Source: an uncultured Alphaproteobacteria bacterium
Lineage (GTDB): Bacteria > Pseudomonadota > Alphaproteobacteria > HIMB59 > GCA-002718135
NCBI GenBank assembly: GCA_902518985.1
Contig: CABYIF010000004.1
Coordinates: 1 to 51,721 of the forward strand
Direction: 5' to 3'
DNA length: 51,721 nt
In this document: positions 32,522 to 42,248 of the stretch, in pieces
Position numbering within the stretch: position 1 is the first letter of the stretch
Layout of the letters: each line of letters opens with the position of its first letter
Translations under genes and position numbers: made by a program
Notes under the pieces: generated by a model
Databases searched by the model: none
Seen by the model: the letters and a program-made list of their open reading frames with translations, nothing else
What the model was told of the DNA's origin: nothing

Positions 32522-33436
32522 GTGTACAATAAATCTACATTAGAAAGATATAGTGACAATCTCTTTTTGCGAAAGCTTAAAGGGTATTATGAACTTATGA
32601 AACCTAGAGTAATGAGTTTAGTAATATTTACTGCTTTTGTTGGAATGTTTCTAGCACCAGGAAAAATAGAAAGTATTAATTATATTATTGTCATCATAGC
32701 AATTGCAATTGGAGCGGGCTCATCAGCAGCTATTAATATGTGGTTTGATGAAGATATTGATAAGACAATGGAGAGAACTAAGACTCGGCCTATTCCACTA
32801 GGTATTGTCTCCAAAAACGAAGCTCTTGTATTAGGAATTTTTACGGGAATCATATCCTTAATTTTAATGCAGTGGTTCTCTAATCCACTATCGACGAGTT
32901 TACTATTATTCACAATATTATTTTATATTTTTATTTATACCTTTTGGTTAAAACGCACCACTTCTCTAAACATTGTAATTGGAGGCGCAGCTGGCGCAAT
33001 ACCTCCTATCATAGGTTGGACAGCAGTCACTCCAGAAATCAGCTTTCTACCTATTAGTATGTTCTTAATTATATTCTTTTGGACACCACCACATTTTTGG
33101 GCATTGTCTGTATATAGATTTAATGATTATGAAAACGCTAAAGTACCCATGCTTCCTAATGTTAAAAGCATAGATAACACTAAACAACAAATTGTCTCTT
33201 ACACATTAATTTTAATTATTACTAGTTATCTTCCTTATATCAGTGAGAGCGTTGGAATTATTTATTTAGGATTAGCAACTATACTAAATTTCTTTTTAAT
33301 AACTGGCTCAATTAAATTAAAAAATAGTAAAGAAAAGAAATCATTACCTAATCCCGAAGGTCTAAAATTTTTTGCTATATCTATATTTTATTTATTTAGT
33401 TTATTTTCAGCTATGCTTATAGATCATCTCATTTAA
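32522..33436 (+). CDS. ctaB: Protoheme IX farnesyltransferase (heme O synthase)
   Basis: MKPRVM, DEDIDKTMERTKTRP, WTPPHFWAL. Confidence 0.95.
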   Translation: MYNKSTLERYSDNLFLRKLKGYYELMKPRVMSLVIFTAFVGMFLAPGKIESINYIIVIIAIAIGAGSSAAINMWFDEDIDKTMERTKTRPIPLGIVSKNEALVLGIFTGIISLILMQWFSNPLSTSLLLFTILFYIFIYTFWLKRTTSLNIVIGGAAGAIPPIIGWTAVTPEISFLPISMFLIIFFWTPPHFWALSVYRFNDYENAKVPMLPNVKSIDNTKQQIVSYTLILIITSYLPYISESVGIIYLGLATILNFFLITGSIKLKNSKEKKSLPNPEGLKFFAISIFYLFSLFSAMLIDHLI

Positions 33437-33438
33437 TT

Positions 33439-33546
33439 ATGAAAAATAGAAGAAAAAAAAATATAATAACATTAATAATACTTCTTTGTATTGTTGCTTT
33501 TTTTTACCTGTGGACATTGTTTAAAGCAAACATTTTTGGGGTTTAA
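33439..33546 (+). CDS. Small single-TM CoxF-like protein, 35 aa (MKNRRKKNIITLIILLCIVAFFYLWTLFKANIFGV), missing from the ORF track
   Basis: Translated by hand; basic N-terminus plus hydrophobic helix; fills the ctaB-ctaG gap; TAA overlaps the ctaG ATG. Confidence 0.75.
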   Translation: MKNRRKKNIITLIILLCIVAFFYLWTLFKANIFGV

Positions 33547-34061
33547 TGACAAATAATAGAACAGCTCTGAGCTTATCATTAATAGTTTTAACTATGATTA
33601 TTTTAGTAGGTTTCTCAGTTCCACTATATGATCTTTTTTGTCGTGTCACAGGATATGGAGGCAAAACAAATATTTCTGAATTTCAGTCTTCAACTATTCT
33701 TGAGAGAGATATAAGTTTGAAATTTAATGCTGATGTAAATGATAGTATAAACTGGTCTTTTAAAGCACCTGAGAATATTAAATTTAAGGTTGGAGAAAAT
33801 ATGCTAGTTAAATACAAAGCTCAAAATTTATCTAATACTCCAACAACAGGAACTGCGACATTTAATGTGCTACCAGAAAAAGTTGGACCTTATTTTATTA
33901 AAACTCAATGTTTTTGTTTTGAAAAACAGACTCTAAATCCTGGTGAAATCATAGACATGCCTGTGGTATTTTATGTAGACCCTGCTATAAGTCAAGATCC
34001 AACAATGAAAGATGTAGAAGAGATAACATTGTCATACACCTTTTTTAAATATATAGATTAA
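33546..34061 (+). CDS. ctaG: Cytochrome c oxidase copper chaperone CtaG/Cox11
   Basis: VPLYDLFCRVTGYGG, CFCF, TLSYTF. Confidence 0.95.
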   Translation: MTNNRTALSLSLIVLTMIILVGFSVPLYDLFCRVTGYGGKTNISEFQSSTILERDISLKFNADVNDSINWSFKAPENIKFKVGENMLVKYKAQNLSNTPTTGTATFNVLPEKVGPYFIKTQCFCFEKQTLNPGEIIDMPVVFYVDPAISQDPTMKDVEEITLSYTFFKYID

Positions 34062-34065
34062 TCCT

Positions 34066-34914
34066 ATGGCTAACAAATCAATATCAACCGGTCAAAAACA
34101 CCCATATCACTTAGTTGATCCTAGCCCTCTTCCTTTCTTATCATCAATAGCTGGCCTAGCAATGGCAGCTGGATTAGTTTTCTATATGCACTATGATACA
34201 AAATGGTTGTTAATATTAGGAACAATTGGCCTTCTTACTGTTATGTTTTTATGGTGGAGAGATGTAATTAAAGAGTCTACCTTTCAAAAAGTTCATACTC
34301 CTGTTGTAGAGTTAGGGTTACGTTATGGTATGGCCTTATTTATTGCATCAGAAGTTATGTTTTTTGTAGCATTTTTCTGGGCATTTTTTGACGCCAGTTT
34401 AACACCTAAACTTCCTATTGAAGAATTTTCTGAAACATTTGATTCCGATGGTGCGGTAGGTATTTGGCCACCTGAGGGTATTAAAACTTTTGATCCCTTA
34501 GATGTTCCTTTCTTAAATACATTAATATTACTTATGTCTGGAACAACCTGTACATGGGCACACCATGCAGTCAGAGAAGGTCATAAAGACCAAGCAATTC
34601 AAGCTTTGTGGATTACTGTTGGATTAGGAATATTCTTTTCTTTCATGCAAGGAGTTGAGTATTACGAAGCTGCTCATCACTATTTCAGTTTCACTGATGG
34701 AATTTATCCATCTGTATTTTACATGGCAACAGGTTTTCATGGATTTCATGTAATGGTAGGTACAATATTTCTGGCAGTATGTTTATATAGAATTTATAAA
34801 AATCATTTTACTCCAGATAGACATTTTGGTCTAGAAGCTGCTGCATGGTACTGGCATTTTGTTGATGTAGTATGGCTTTTTCTTTTTGTCTGTGTGTATG
34901 TTTGGGGAGCATAA
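34066..34914 (+). CDS. coxC: Cytochrome c oxidase subunit III
   Basis: HPYHLVDPSP, FIASEVMFF, TGFHGFHV, WYWHFVDVVW. Confidence 0.97.
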   Translation: MANKSISTGQKHPYHLVDPSPLPFLSSIAGLAMAAGLVFYMHYDTKWLLILGTIGLLTVMFLWWRDVIKESTFQKVHTPVVELGLRYGMALFIASEVMFFVAFFWAFFDASLTPKLPIEEFSETFDSDGAVGIWPPEGIKTFDPLDVPFLNTLILLMSGTTCTWAHHAVREGHKDQAIQALWITVGLGIFFSFMQGVEYYEAAHHYFSFTDGIYPSVFYMATGFHGFHVMVGTIFLAVCLYRIYKNHFTPDRHFGLEAAAWYWHFVDVVWLFLFVCVYVWGA

Positions 34915-35604
34915 ATTAGTAAATTTCCTTTAAAATTTTCTTTATTTAGTTTTTTTTGTATAGCTCTAACATTATATTTAGGTAGCTGGCAGCTTGAGAG
35001 ACTGGAATGGAAAAAAAATTTAATTCAAGAATTTAATGATTTGGTAAAAGAAAAACCCCTATCTTTATCAATGGGTAAGATGAAGTATAGAAATATGGAT
35101 GAGTTCACAAAGATTATTACAAAAGGGACTGTTGACAGATCAAAAAAAATTTTTTTTCCTGCTAAAACATACAATGGAAAAAATGGTTTTTTTATTGCTA
35201 GTTTGTTGATTGATAACCATAATAATAAATACCTTATTGATGAAGGTTGGTTTGAATATAATAAATTAAATTATTTTAAAAATAATTCTGATGTTATTTC
35301 CTCAGAAATAATCGGGTATTTGAGATATCCAACTGAAAAAAAAATGTTTACTCCAAAAAATTCTCCAGAAACCAATGAGTGGTATTACTATGACTTAAAA
35401 GAAATTCAAAAATATTTTAAAACAGATATCAATCAAAAGTTTTTTATTAAAAATATTACTAGTTATAGTGAAGAATTTTTGTTACCTTCAACAGTAAAAA
35501 ACAATTTTTCTAATAATCATTTACAATATGCTATTACCTGGTTTTTAATGAGTTTTTCGATTTTGGTTATTTTTATTATTTATTTAATTAGAAAGTACAA
35601 ATGA
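34915..35604 (+). CDS. surf1: SURF1/Shy1 cytochrome oxidase assembly protein, extended 5' of the ORF-track start, probable ATT start
   Basis: In-frame upstream sequence encodes a TM helix and LGSWQLERLEWK; C-terminal NNHLQYAITWF; no ATG or GTG, and no TTG before 35041. Confidence 0.85.
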   Translation: MSKFPLKFSLFSFFCIALTLYLGSWQLERLEWKKNLIQEFNDLVKEKPLSLSMGKMKYRNMDEFTKIITKGTVDRSKKIFFPAKTYNGKNGFFIASLLIDNHNNKYLIDEGWFEYNKLNYFKNNSDVISSEIIGYLRYPTEKKMFTPKNSPETNEWYYYDLKEIQKYFKTDINQKFFIKNITSYSEEFLLPSTVKNNFSNNHLQYAITWFLMSFSILVIFIIYLIRKYK

Positions 35605-37079
35605 GCGCCTATATAAAACTTAAAGAAATCTTTAAAGAGGCCTCTCTTTCATCAGATATTGCAGGAATTTTACATTGGGATATGTCTACAATGATGCCTC
35701 TTAACTCTAGAAACCAAAGAGCTGAGCAGCTCGCCTATCTATCCAAGTTAAGCCATGATAAAGTTTCTTCAAAACAAGTAAGAGATTTAATATTTGAAGC
35801 AAAAAATGAAGATTTAAATCAAAATGACTTACATAACCTAAGGGAAATTGAAAGAGAACATAAATTAACATCTTCAGTTCCATCTGATCTTGTCCAAAAA
35901 ATTTCTAGAACTGCAGCAAAATGTGAAGGTGAGTGGCAGGAAGCAAGAAAAAATTCTAATTTTAATTTAATAAAAAATAATTTGAATGAATTAATTAATC
36001 TTACCAAAGAGGAAGCAAATATATTAGGAAATGAATTTAATTTATCACCCTATGAAGCGCTAGTTAATAAATTTGAACCAGGATCGAATACACAATTAAT
36101 CGCAAATGTATTTGATGATCTTCAACAATTTTTAACACCTTTAATAGATACTATAATCGAAAAACAAAAGTCTCAAAAAATCTTACCTATTCCAAATAAA
36201 ATCAGCAAAACACAACAGAAAGAGCTAGCTGAACACATTATGAAAATAATAGGCTTTGATTTTAAAAGAGGAAGACTTGATAAAAGTGTGCATCCATTTT
36301 GTGGAGGCTCTACAAATGATGTAAGAATTACAACAAGATATAATGAAGAAAATCCATTTTCGTCTCTTGATGGAGTTATGCATGAAACAGGGCACGCCTT
36401 ATATGAATTAAATCTTCCAAAAAAATGGAATCATCAACCTGTAGGCAAATCAAGAGGAATGGCAATGCATGAAAGCCAATCTCTTTTGATTGAAATGCAA
36501 ATAACAAGATCACTAGCTTTTAAAAAATTTTTATCAAAGCTATTAAAAGATAAATTCAATATTATGGATAAATCTTTTGATGAAGATAATTTATACTTAC
36601 TGGGAACAAGAGTTAAAAAATCTTTTATTCGTGTTGAATCTGACGAAGTCACATACCCTTTGCATATTATTTTACGCTTTAATCTTGAGAGAAAAATATT
36701 TAATAATGAAATCGGCGTTAATGATATTCCTGATGCATGGAATACAGAATATAAAAGACTATTTGATAGAGAAGTTGAAAAAGATAATGATGGAAGCTTA
36801 CAAGATGTACATTGGTATGCAGGTTTATTCGGTTATTTCCCAACGTATTCACTTGGAGCTTTGACTGCTGCACAATTTGCAAGCCAATTAAGAATTGATT
36901 TACCAGAATTAGATTTAAATATTGAAAAAGGGAAATTCGATGATTTAATTAAATGGTTGAAAACAAATATTCATGAAAAAGCTAGCTTTTTTAGTACAAA
37001 TGAAGTTTTAGAACAGGTTACAAACTCAAGTTTAAATGCTAAATATTTTAAAAATTATATAACTAATCGATATCTTTAA
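35601..37079 (+). CDS. Carboxypeptidase M32 (Taq family)
   Basis: HPFC, DVRITTR, HETGHALYE, HESQS, QDVHW, YFPTY. Confidence 0.94.
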   Translation: MSAYIKLKEIFKEASLSSDIAGILHWDMSTMMPLNSRNQRAEQLAYLSKLSHDKVSSKQVRDLIFEAKNEDLNQNDLHNLREIEREHKLTSSVPSDLVQKISRTAAKCEGEWQEARKNSNFNLIKNNLNELINLTKEEANILGNEFNLSPYEALVNKFEPGSNTQLIANVFDDLQQFLTPLIDTIIEKQKSQKILPIPNKISKTQQKELAEHIMKIIGFDFKRGRLDKSVHPFCGGSTNDVRITTRYNEENPFSSLDGVMHETGHALYELNLPKKWNHQPVGKSRGMAMHESQSLLIEMQITRSLAFKKFLSKLLKDKFNIMDKSFDEDNLYLLGTRVKKSFIRVESDEVTYPLHIILRFNLERKIFNNEIGVNDIPDAWNTEYKRLFDREVEKDNDGSLQDVHWYAGLFGYFPTYSLGALTAAQFASQLRIDLPELDLNIEKGKFDDLIKWLKTNIHEKASFFSTNEVLEQVTNSSLNAKYFKNYITNRYL

Positions 37080-38447
37080 ATGAAATATTTAAGCACAAGA
37101 GATAATTCTCTTAAAAAATCATTCAATGAAATTCTTTATCAAGGCCTTTCGAAAGATGGTGGGTTATATTTGCCAGTTGAATGGCCAAATATTGATATCC
37201 ATAACTTGGAAAATAAATCATATGAAGATGTAGCATTAGAAATTATTTTTCCATTTGTTAAAGAAAATTTCTCTAAAGGTGAATTACAAAATATTTTAAA
37301 TGAAAGTTATTCAACCTTTAGTCATGAAAAAAAAGCTCCAGTAAAAGAATTACAAACAAATAAGTATATTTTAGAGCTAATTTATGGTCCCACATATGCT
37401 TTCAAAGATTATGCATTACAGTTTTTAGGAAAATTATTTTCATATAGCTTAATTAAAAATCCAAAAAAAATAACTGTATTAGGCGCCACATCTGGAGACA
37501 CTGGCTCAGCAGCTATTCATGCTTTTAAAACAAATCAAGATATTAATGTGTTTATATTACACCCACATGGCAAAGTTTCTCCAATGCAACAGAAACAAAT
37601 GACAACAGTTAATGAAGAAAATATTTTTAATATAGCAATTGAGGGTAATTTTGATGATTGTCAAAAAATTGTAAAAACTTTATTTATTGATGATGAAATA
37701 CAAAATAAAACTTCATTGACTGCAATAAATTCAATAAATTGGGCTAGATTAATAGCTCAGGTCGTATATTATTTTTGGAGTCACTTACAAATAAAAAATA
37801 AAGATATTAATTTCATAGTACCATCAGGAAATTTTGGAAATATATTTTCTGCTTATGTTGCAAAAAAAATGGGCTTACCCATTAATCGACTTCATGTTGC
37901 AACAAATAAAAATGATATTTTGAAATCGATTATAACACATGGTCAAATGAACAAAAAAATTGTATCGCAAACATTCAGTCCAAGTATGGATATACAAATT
38001 TCTAGTAATTTTGAAAGACAGATGTTTGAAAGTTTTGATAGAGATAGTAATCAAGTAAATAATGCTTTTAATGAATTTAATAAAACAGGAAGTTATCAAT
38101 TTAGTTCAAGTGTAATTGATAATTTTAAAAAGATTTATGACGCTTCTAGTATTAATGATGATGAAACTTTAGACACAATTTCTAAAATATTTAAAAAGTA
38201 CAATTATATATCTGATCCTCATACTGCTACTGGCTTTAAACTACTTATGGATAAAAATGATGACGAGACTTGGGTCTCACTGGCATGTGCTCATCCTGCT
38301 AAATTTAATACAGCTGTTGAAAAAGCTATTGGTAAAGCAACAGATATACCAATAGAATTAAGCAATCTCTTTGATAAAAAAGAAAACATGACTATATTAC
38401 CTAATAATATTCAAGAAGTGAAAAATTACTTATTACAAAATATTTGA
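37080..38447 (+). CDS. thrC: Threonine synthase
   Basis: YLSTR, AFKD (PLP lysine), ATSGDTGSAA, NSINWAR, PSGNFGN. Confidence 0.96.
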   Translation: MKYLSTRDNSLKKSFNEILYQGLSKDGGLYLPVEWPNIDIHNLENKSYEDVALEIIFPFVKENFSKGELQNILNESYSTFSHEKKAPVKELQTNKYILELIYGPTYAFKDYALQFLGKLFSYSLIKNPKKITVLGATSGDTGSAAIHAFKTNQDINVFILHPHGKVSPMQQKQMTTVNEENIFNIAIEGNFDDCQKIVKTLFIDDEIQNKTSLTAINSINWARLIAQVVYYFWSHLQIKNKDINFIVPSGNFGNIFSAYVAKKMGLPINRLHVATNKNDILKSIITHGQMNKKIVSQTFSPSMDIQISSNFERQMFESFDRDSNQVNNAFNEFNKTGSYQFSSSVIDNFKKIYDASSINDDETLDTISKIFKKYNYISDPHTATGFKLLMDKNDDETWVSLACAHPAKFNTAVEKAIGKATDIPIELSNLFDKKENMTILPNNIQEVKNYLLQNI

Positions 38448-38448
38448 T

Positions 38449-39702
38449 ATGCAAAAAATTACACAATTAGATAATGGATTAAGAATAGTTACTCAAAATA
38501 TGCCTGGTCTCGAGACTGTTTCAATGGGGATTTGGAATTACGTTGGTGGAAGAGATGAGACTATGGAAGTTAATGGAGTAGCACATCTTCTAGAACATAT
38601 GGCATTTAAGGGGACAAAAACTAAAAATGCTTTGCAAATTGCTGAAACCATTGAAAACGTTGGTGGTGACATTAACGCGTATACTTCTAAAGAAATTACC
38701 GCATATTATGTTAAATTATTAGCAAATGACTTACCGTATGGAATAGACATATTAACAGACATACTTCAAAACTCAACCTTTGCTGAAGAAGAACTTAATA
38801 GAGAAAGAGGTGTAATTATTCAGGAGATTGGCATGTATCTTGATACACCAGATGATATGATTTTTGATTATTGGCAAGAAAAAGCCTATCCAAACCAACC
38901 TATGGGTCGATCAATATTAGGTAAAACCGATATTATTAAAAATATTTCCAGAGAAGAAGTTAAATCTTTTATGATGAATCACTACAATCCAAAGAAGATG
39001 ATAATTAGTGCTGCAGGTAAAATAAATCATGACGAGTTTGTTGACTCCATAAAAAAAGCTTGCACTAACCTACCATCAGGACATTCAAATTCTAGAGTTA
39101 AAGCTGATTATAAATCAGGAGAATACAGAGAAGACAAAAAGTTAGAACAAATCCATCTACTTCTAGGTTTTGAAGGTGTCGATTATCATCATGATGATTT
39201 CTACTCTTTACTTGTTTATTCATCTCTTTTAGGTGGTGGTATGTCATCACGATTATTTCAGGAAATACGTGAAAAAAGAGGTTTGGTGTATGGCATTTCC
39301 TCTTTTAGTTCGTCATATACAGACACAGGTGTATTTGGAATTTACTGTGGTACTGGTGAGACTCAAATTCAAGAGTTAATTCCAGTATTATGTGATGAAT
39401 TAAATAATAGCCCTAATTCAATTACTGAAAAAGAAATTAATAGAGGCAAGGCACAGTTAAAAGCAAGTTTAATGATGGGTCGTGAAAGTGCTTTTAGGCG
39501 TTGTGAAAGTGCCGCTAGACAACTATTAGTTTTTAATCGCATTATTGAGCCGTCCGAAACTATTAAAAAAATTGATTTAGTTTCTAAAGAAACAGTTCAA
39601 AATATAGCTAAAAAAATAGTAACAGGCCCTATCACCATTTCTAGTATAGGACCATTATCCAAACTTGAAAATTTAGACAAAATACAAGCTCGAATAAATT
39701 AA
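38449..39702 (+). CDS. M16 family zinc peptidase (mitochondrial-processing-peptidase-like)
   Basis: HLLEH (HxxEH), GGGMSSRLFQEIREKRGL. Confidence 0.94.
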   Translation: MQKITQLDNGLRIVTQNMPGLETVSMGIWNYVGGRDETMEVNGVAHLLEHMAFKGTKTKNALQIAETIENVGGDINAYTSKEITAYYVKLLANDLPYGIDILTDILQNSTFAEEELNRERGVIIQEIGMYLDTPDDMIFDYWQEKAYPNQPMGRSILGKTDIIKNISREEVKSFMMNHYNPKKMIISAAGKINHDEFVDSIKKACTNLPSGHSNSRVKADYKSGEYREDKKLEQIHLLLGFEGVDYHHDDFYSLLVYSSLLGGGMSSRLFQEIREKRGLVYGISSFSSSYTDTGVFGIYCGTGETQIQELIPVLCDELNNSPNSITEKEINRGKAQLKASLMMGRESAFRRCESAARQLLVFNRIIEPSETIKKIDLVSKETVQNIAKKIVTGPITISSIGPLSKLENLDKIQARIN

Positions 39703-39712
39703 TATTAAAATT

Positions 39713-39919
39713 TTATTTTATCCTAATTTTTTCAGCAACAATGTGATCTTTAGCAAAGTTATTAATTGATAACTTCATTTCTAATTCAATATCATCACCT
39801 AAATTAATATCTCCACTTTTTAATTTTTCTATTATTAATGTTTCAATAACTCTTTGAGAAGATATACCAACTTTTTTCAAGAACTTTCTTATTTCTATAT
39901 TTAAATTATCATGATCCAT
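39713..39919 (-). CDS. Small conserved hypothetical protein (DUF6494-like)
   Basis: IRKFLKKVGISSQRVIE motif; start placed at MDHD. Confidence 0.65.
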   Translation of the reverse strand: MDHDNLNIEIRKFLKKVGISSQRVIETLIIEKLKSGDINLGDDIELEMKLSINNFAKDHIVAEKIRIK

Positions 39920-39974
39920 GTTTTTATTATAGATTATTTGATAAGATTCCTTCAATAATGTAATAAAAATATCA

Positions 39975-40421
39975 ATGAATTCTTATTCTTTTAAAACTAT
40001 TTTTGGTTGGATAACTGTTAAATCATTAGAGTCTAAACTTGTATCTGTTAAATTTGGCAAGACTAAAAATTTAGGAAATGATAAATATCTTATTCATATT
40101 TCTAAACAAATCAAATTGTATTCATTAGGTAAATTAAAAAAATTTAATATAGATTACAGCCTTTTAGGATCACCATTACAAATAAAAATATGGAACGAAT
40201 TATCAAAAATAAAATACGGTCAAACAAAATCTTATGGTCAAATAGCAAAAAATATAAAAACCTCTCCTCGTTACGTGGGCAATGTTTGTGGACAAAATAA
40301 TCTTTTACTAATTATTCCTTGTCACAGAGTTATCAAGAGTGATGGATCATTGGGTGGCTTTTCAGGTTTAGGTGGTATAAAACTTAAAAAAAAATTACTT
40401 AATCTAGAAGTCAATGTCTAA
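39975..40421 (+). CDS. ogt: Methylated-DNA--protein-cysteine methyltransferase
   Basis: IPCHRV active site; SYGQIA helix-turn-helix region. Confidence 0.92.
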   Translation: MNSYSFKTIFGWITVKSLESKLVSVKFGKTKNLGNDKYLIHISKQIKLYSLGKLKKFNIDYSLLGSPLQIKIWNELSKIKYGQTKSYGQIAKNIKTSPRYVGNVCGQNNLLLIIPCHRVIKSDGSLGGFSGLGGIKLKKKLLNLEVNV

Positions 40422-41139
40422 AAATATAATAATATTACAACATATACCCATAGAAACACCTGGTTATATACTTGACCTAATGGAAACAGATAAATTTAAT
40501 ATAACAACTATAGAATTAGATCAGGGAGAGAAAATTCCTGACAATCTATCTTCTTATGATGCTATGTTTTGTATGGGTGGCCCAATGGATACATGGATGG
40601 AAGAAACATATCCATGGTTAATAGAAGAAAAGAATAAGATTAAGGAATACGTTATTAATCTTAAAAAACCTTATTTAGGTTTTTGTCTTGGTTGTCAGCT
40701 GCTTGGAGAAGTTCTAGGAGGTCAAGTTGTTAAATCGAATCCACCAGAAATTGGAATATTGGAGATAAATATGACTAAGAATAAAAATTTTGATAAGTTA
40801 TTTTCAGAATATCCTGAAAAAATAAAGGCTCTTCAGTGGCATAGTTATGAAGTAATAGAATTGGAAAAAAATAAAGATGTAAAAATTTTAGCTTCATCTC
40901 CTACTACTAAGTATCAAATTTTTAAATACATGGAACATGCATATGGGATCCAATTTCATATAGAAATTAAAGCAGATACAGTTAGTCAGTGGTCATGTGT
41001 ACCAGAATATGAAAAAGCTTTAGAGGATAGTTTAGGTAAAGGTGCTTTAAAAATTTTCGATCAAAATGCAAAAATTAATATGAAATCAATGAATACTAGT
41101 GCAAAAATATTATATAAAAATTTCAAAAAAATAATTTAA
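40414..41139 (+). CDS. Type 1 glutamine amidotransferase
   Basis: MGGPM, GFCLGCQ, QFHIE. Confidence 0.88.
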   Translation: MSKNIIILQHIPIETPGYILDLMETDKFNITTIELDQGEKIPDNLSSYDAMFCMGGPMDTWMEETYPWLIEEKNKIKEYVINLKKPYLGFCLGCQLLGEVLGGQVVKSNPPEIGILEINMTKNKNFDKLFSEYPEKIKALQWHSYEVIELEKNKDVKILASSPTTKYQIFKYMEHAYGIQFHIEIKADTVSQWSCVPEYEKALEDSLGKGALKIFDQNAKINMKSMNTSAKILYKNFKKII

Positions 41140-41187
41140 TTTAGATGACTAGAATTGTAAATCATGTTTAAATATTTTTAAATAAAA

Positions 41188-42240
41188 ATGAAAAAAATTA
41201 GAGGCCCTGCTATATTTCTTGCTCAATTTGTTGGAGATGAAGATCCATTCAATTCATTAGATGGTATTTCCAAATGGGCTTCCAATTTAGGTTATAAAGG
41301 TGTGCAGATACCCTCATGGGATAAACGTCTGATTGATTTATCTAAAGCTGCTGAGAGTAAAAGCTATTGTGATGAAATAAAAGGCATTTTAAATGAAAAT
41401 AAAATTGAGCTAACAGAATTATCAACTCATCTCCAAGGACAGTTAGTAGCAGTTCATCCTGCATATGATATTCCATTTGATGGATTTGCAGATGAGGGCG
41501 TTAGAGGCAATCCATCAAAAAGAAAAGATTGGGCAATAAATCAATTAATGATGGCTGCAAAAGCATCTAAAAATTTAGGGTTGACAGAGCATGCTACATT
41601 TTCTGGAGCACTAGCTTGGCCTTATATGTATCCATGGCCTCAACGACCATCAGGTTTAGTTGAAGAAGCATTTAATGAACTTGCAAATCGTTGGTTACCA
41701 ATTCTAAACGCTTTTGATGAATCAGGGATAAATTTATGTTATGAAATTCATCCTGGTGAGGACCTGCATGATGGCATTTCATTTGAAATGTTTCTAGAAA
41801 AAGTAAAAAATCATCCGAGATGCAATATGCTTTATGATCCAAGTCATTTTGTACTTCAGCATTTAAATTATCTTGATCATATTGACATTTACCATGAAAA
41901 ATTGAAAATGTTTCATGTTAAGGATGCTGAATTAAACCCAACAGGTAAGCAGGGAGTTTATGGAGGTTTTCAATCTTGGATAGATAGAGCTGGAAGATTT
42001 AGATCCCTAGGAGATGGTCAGGTAGATTTTAAGTCAATTTTTTCTAAGTTGTCTCAGTACAATTTCAATGGATGGGCGGTACTTGAATGGGAATGTTGTA
42101 TTAAAAGTCCTCAACAGGGAGCAGAAGAAGGCGCAAAATTTATTAGTGATCACATAATTGATGTTACTGAAAAAGCTTTTGATGACTTTGCAGGCTCCGG
42201 TATGGATCAAGACACAAATAAGAAACTTCTAGGCATATAA
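41188..42240 (+). CDS. Sugar phosphate isomerase/epimerase-family TIM barrel, resembling 2-hydroxy-3-keto-glucal hydratases
   Basis: GPAIFLAQF, STHLQGQL, YEIHPGEDLHDG, YDPSH, FHVKDAE, LEWECC. Confidence 0.8.
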   Translation: MKKIRGPAIFLAQFVGDEDPFNSLDGISKWASNLGYKGVQIPSWDKRLIDLSKAAESKSYCDEIKGILNENKIELTELSTHLQGQLVAVHPAYDIPFDGFADEGVRGNPSKRKDWAINQLMMAAKASKNLGLTEHATFSGALAWPYMYPWPQRPSGLVEEAFNELANRWLPILNAFDESGINLCYEIHPGEDLHDGISFEMFLEKVKNHPRCNMLYDPSHFVLQHLNYLDHIDIYHEKLKMFHVKDAELNPTGKQGVYGGFQSWIDRAGRFRSLGDGQVDFKSIFSKLSQYNFNGWAVLEWECCIKSPQQGAEEGAKFISDHIIDVTEKAFDDFAGSGMDQDTNKKLLGI

Positions 42241-42248
42241 AATTTTAA

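Noticed and set aside
34915-35604. surf1 pseudogene
   Set aside because: Frame is intact from the N-terminal TM helix to the C-terminal motif with an SD-preceded ATT
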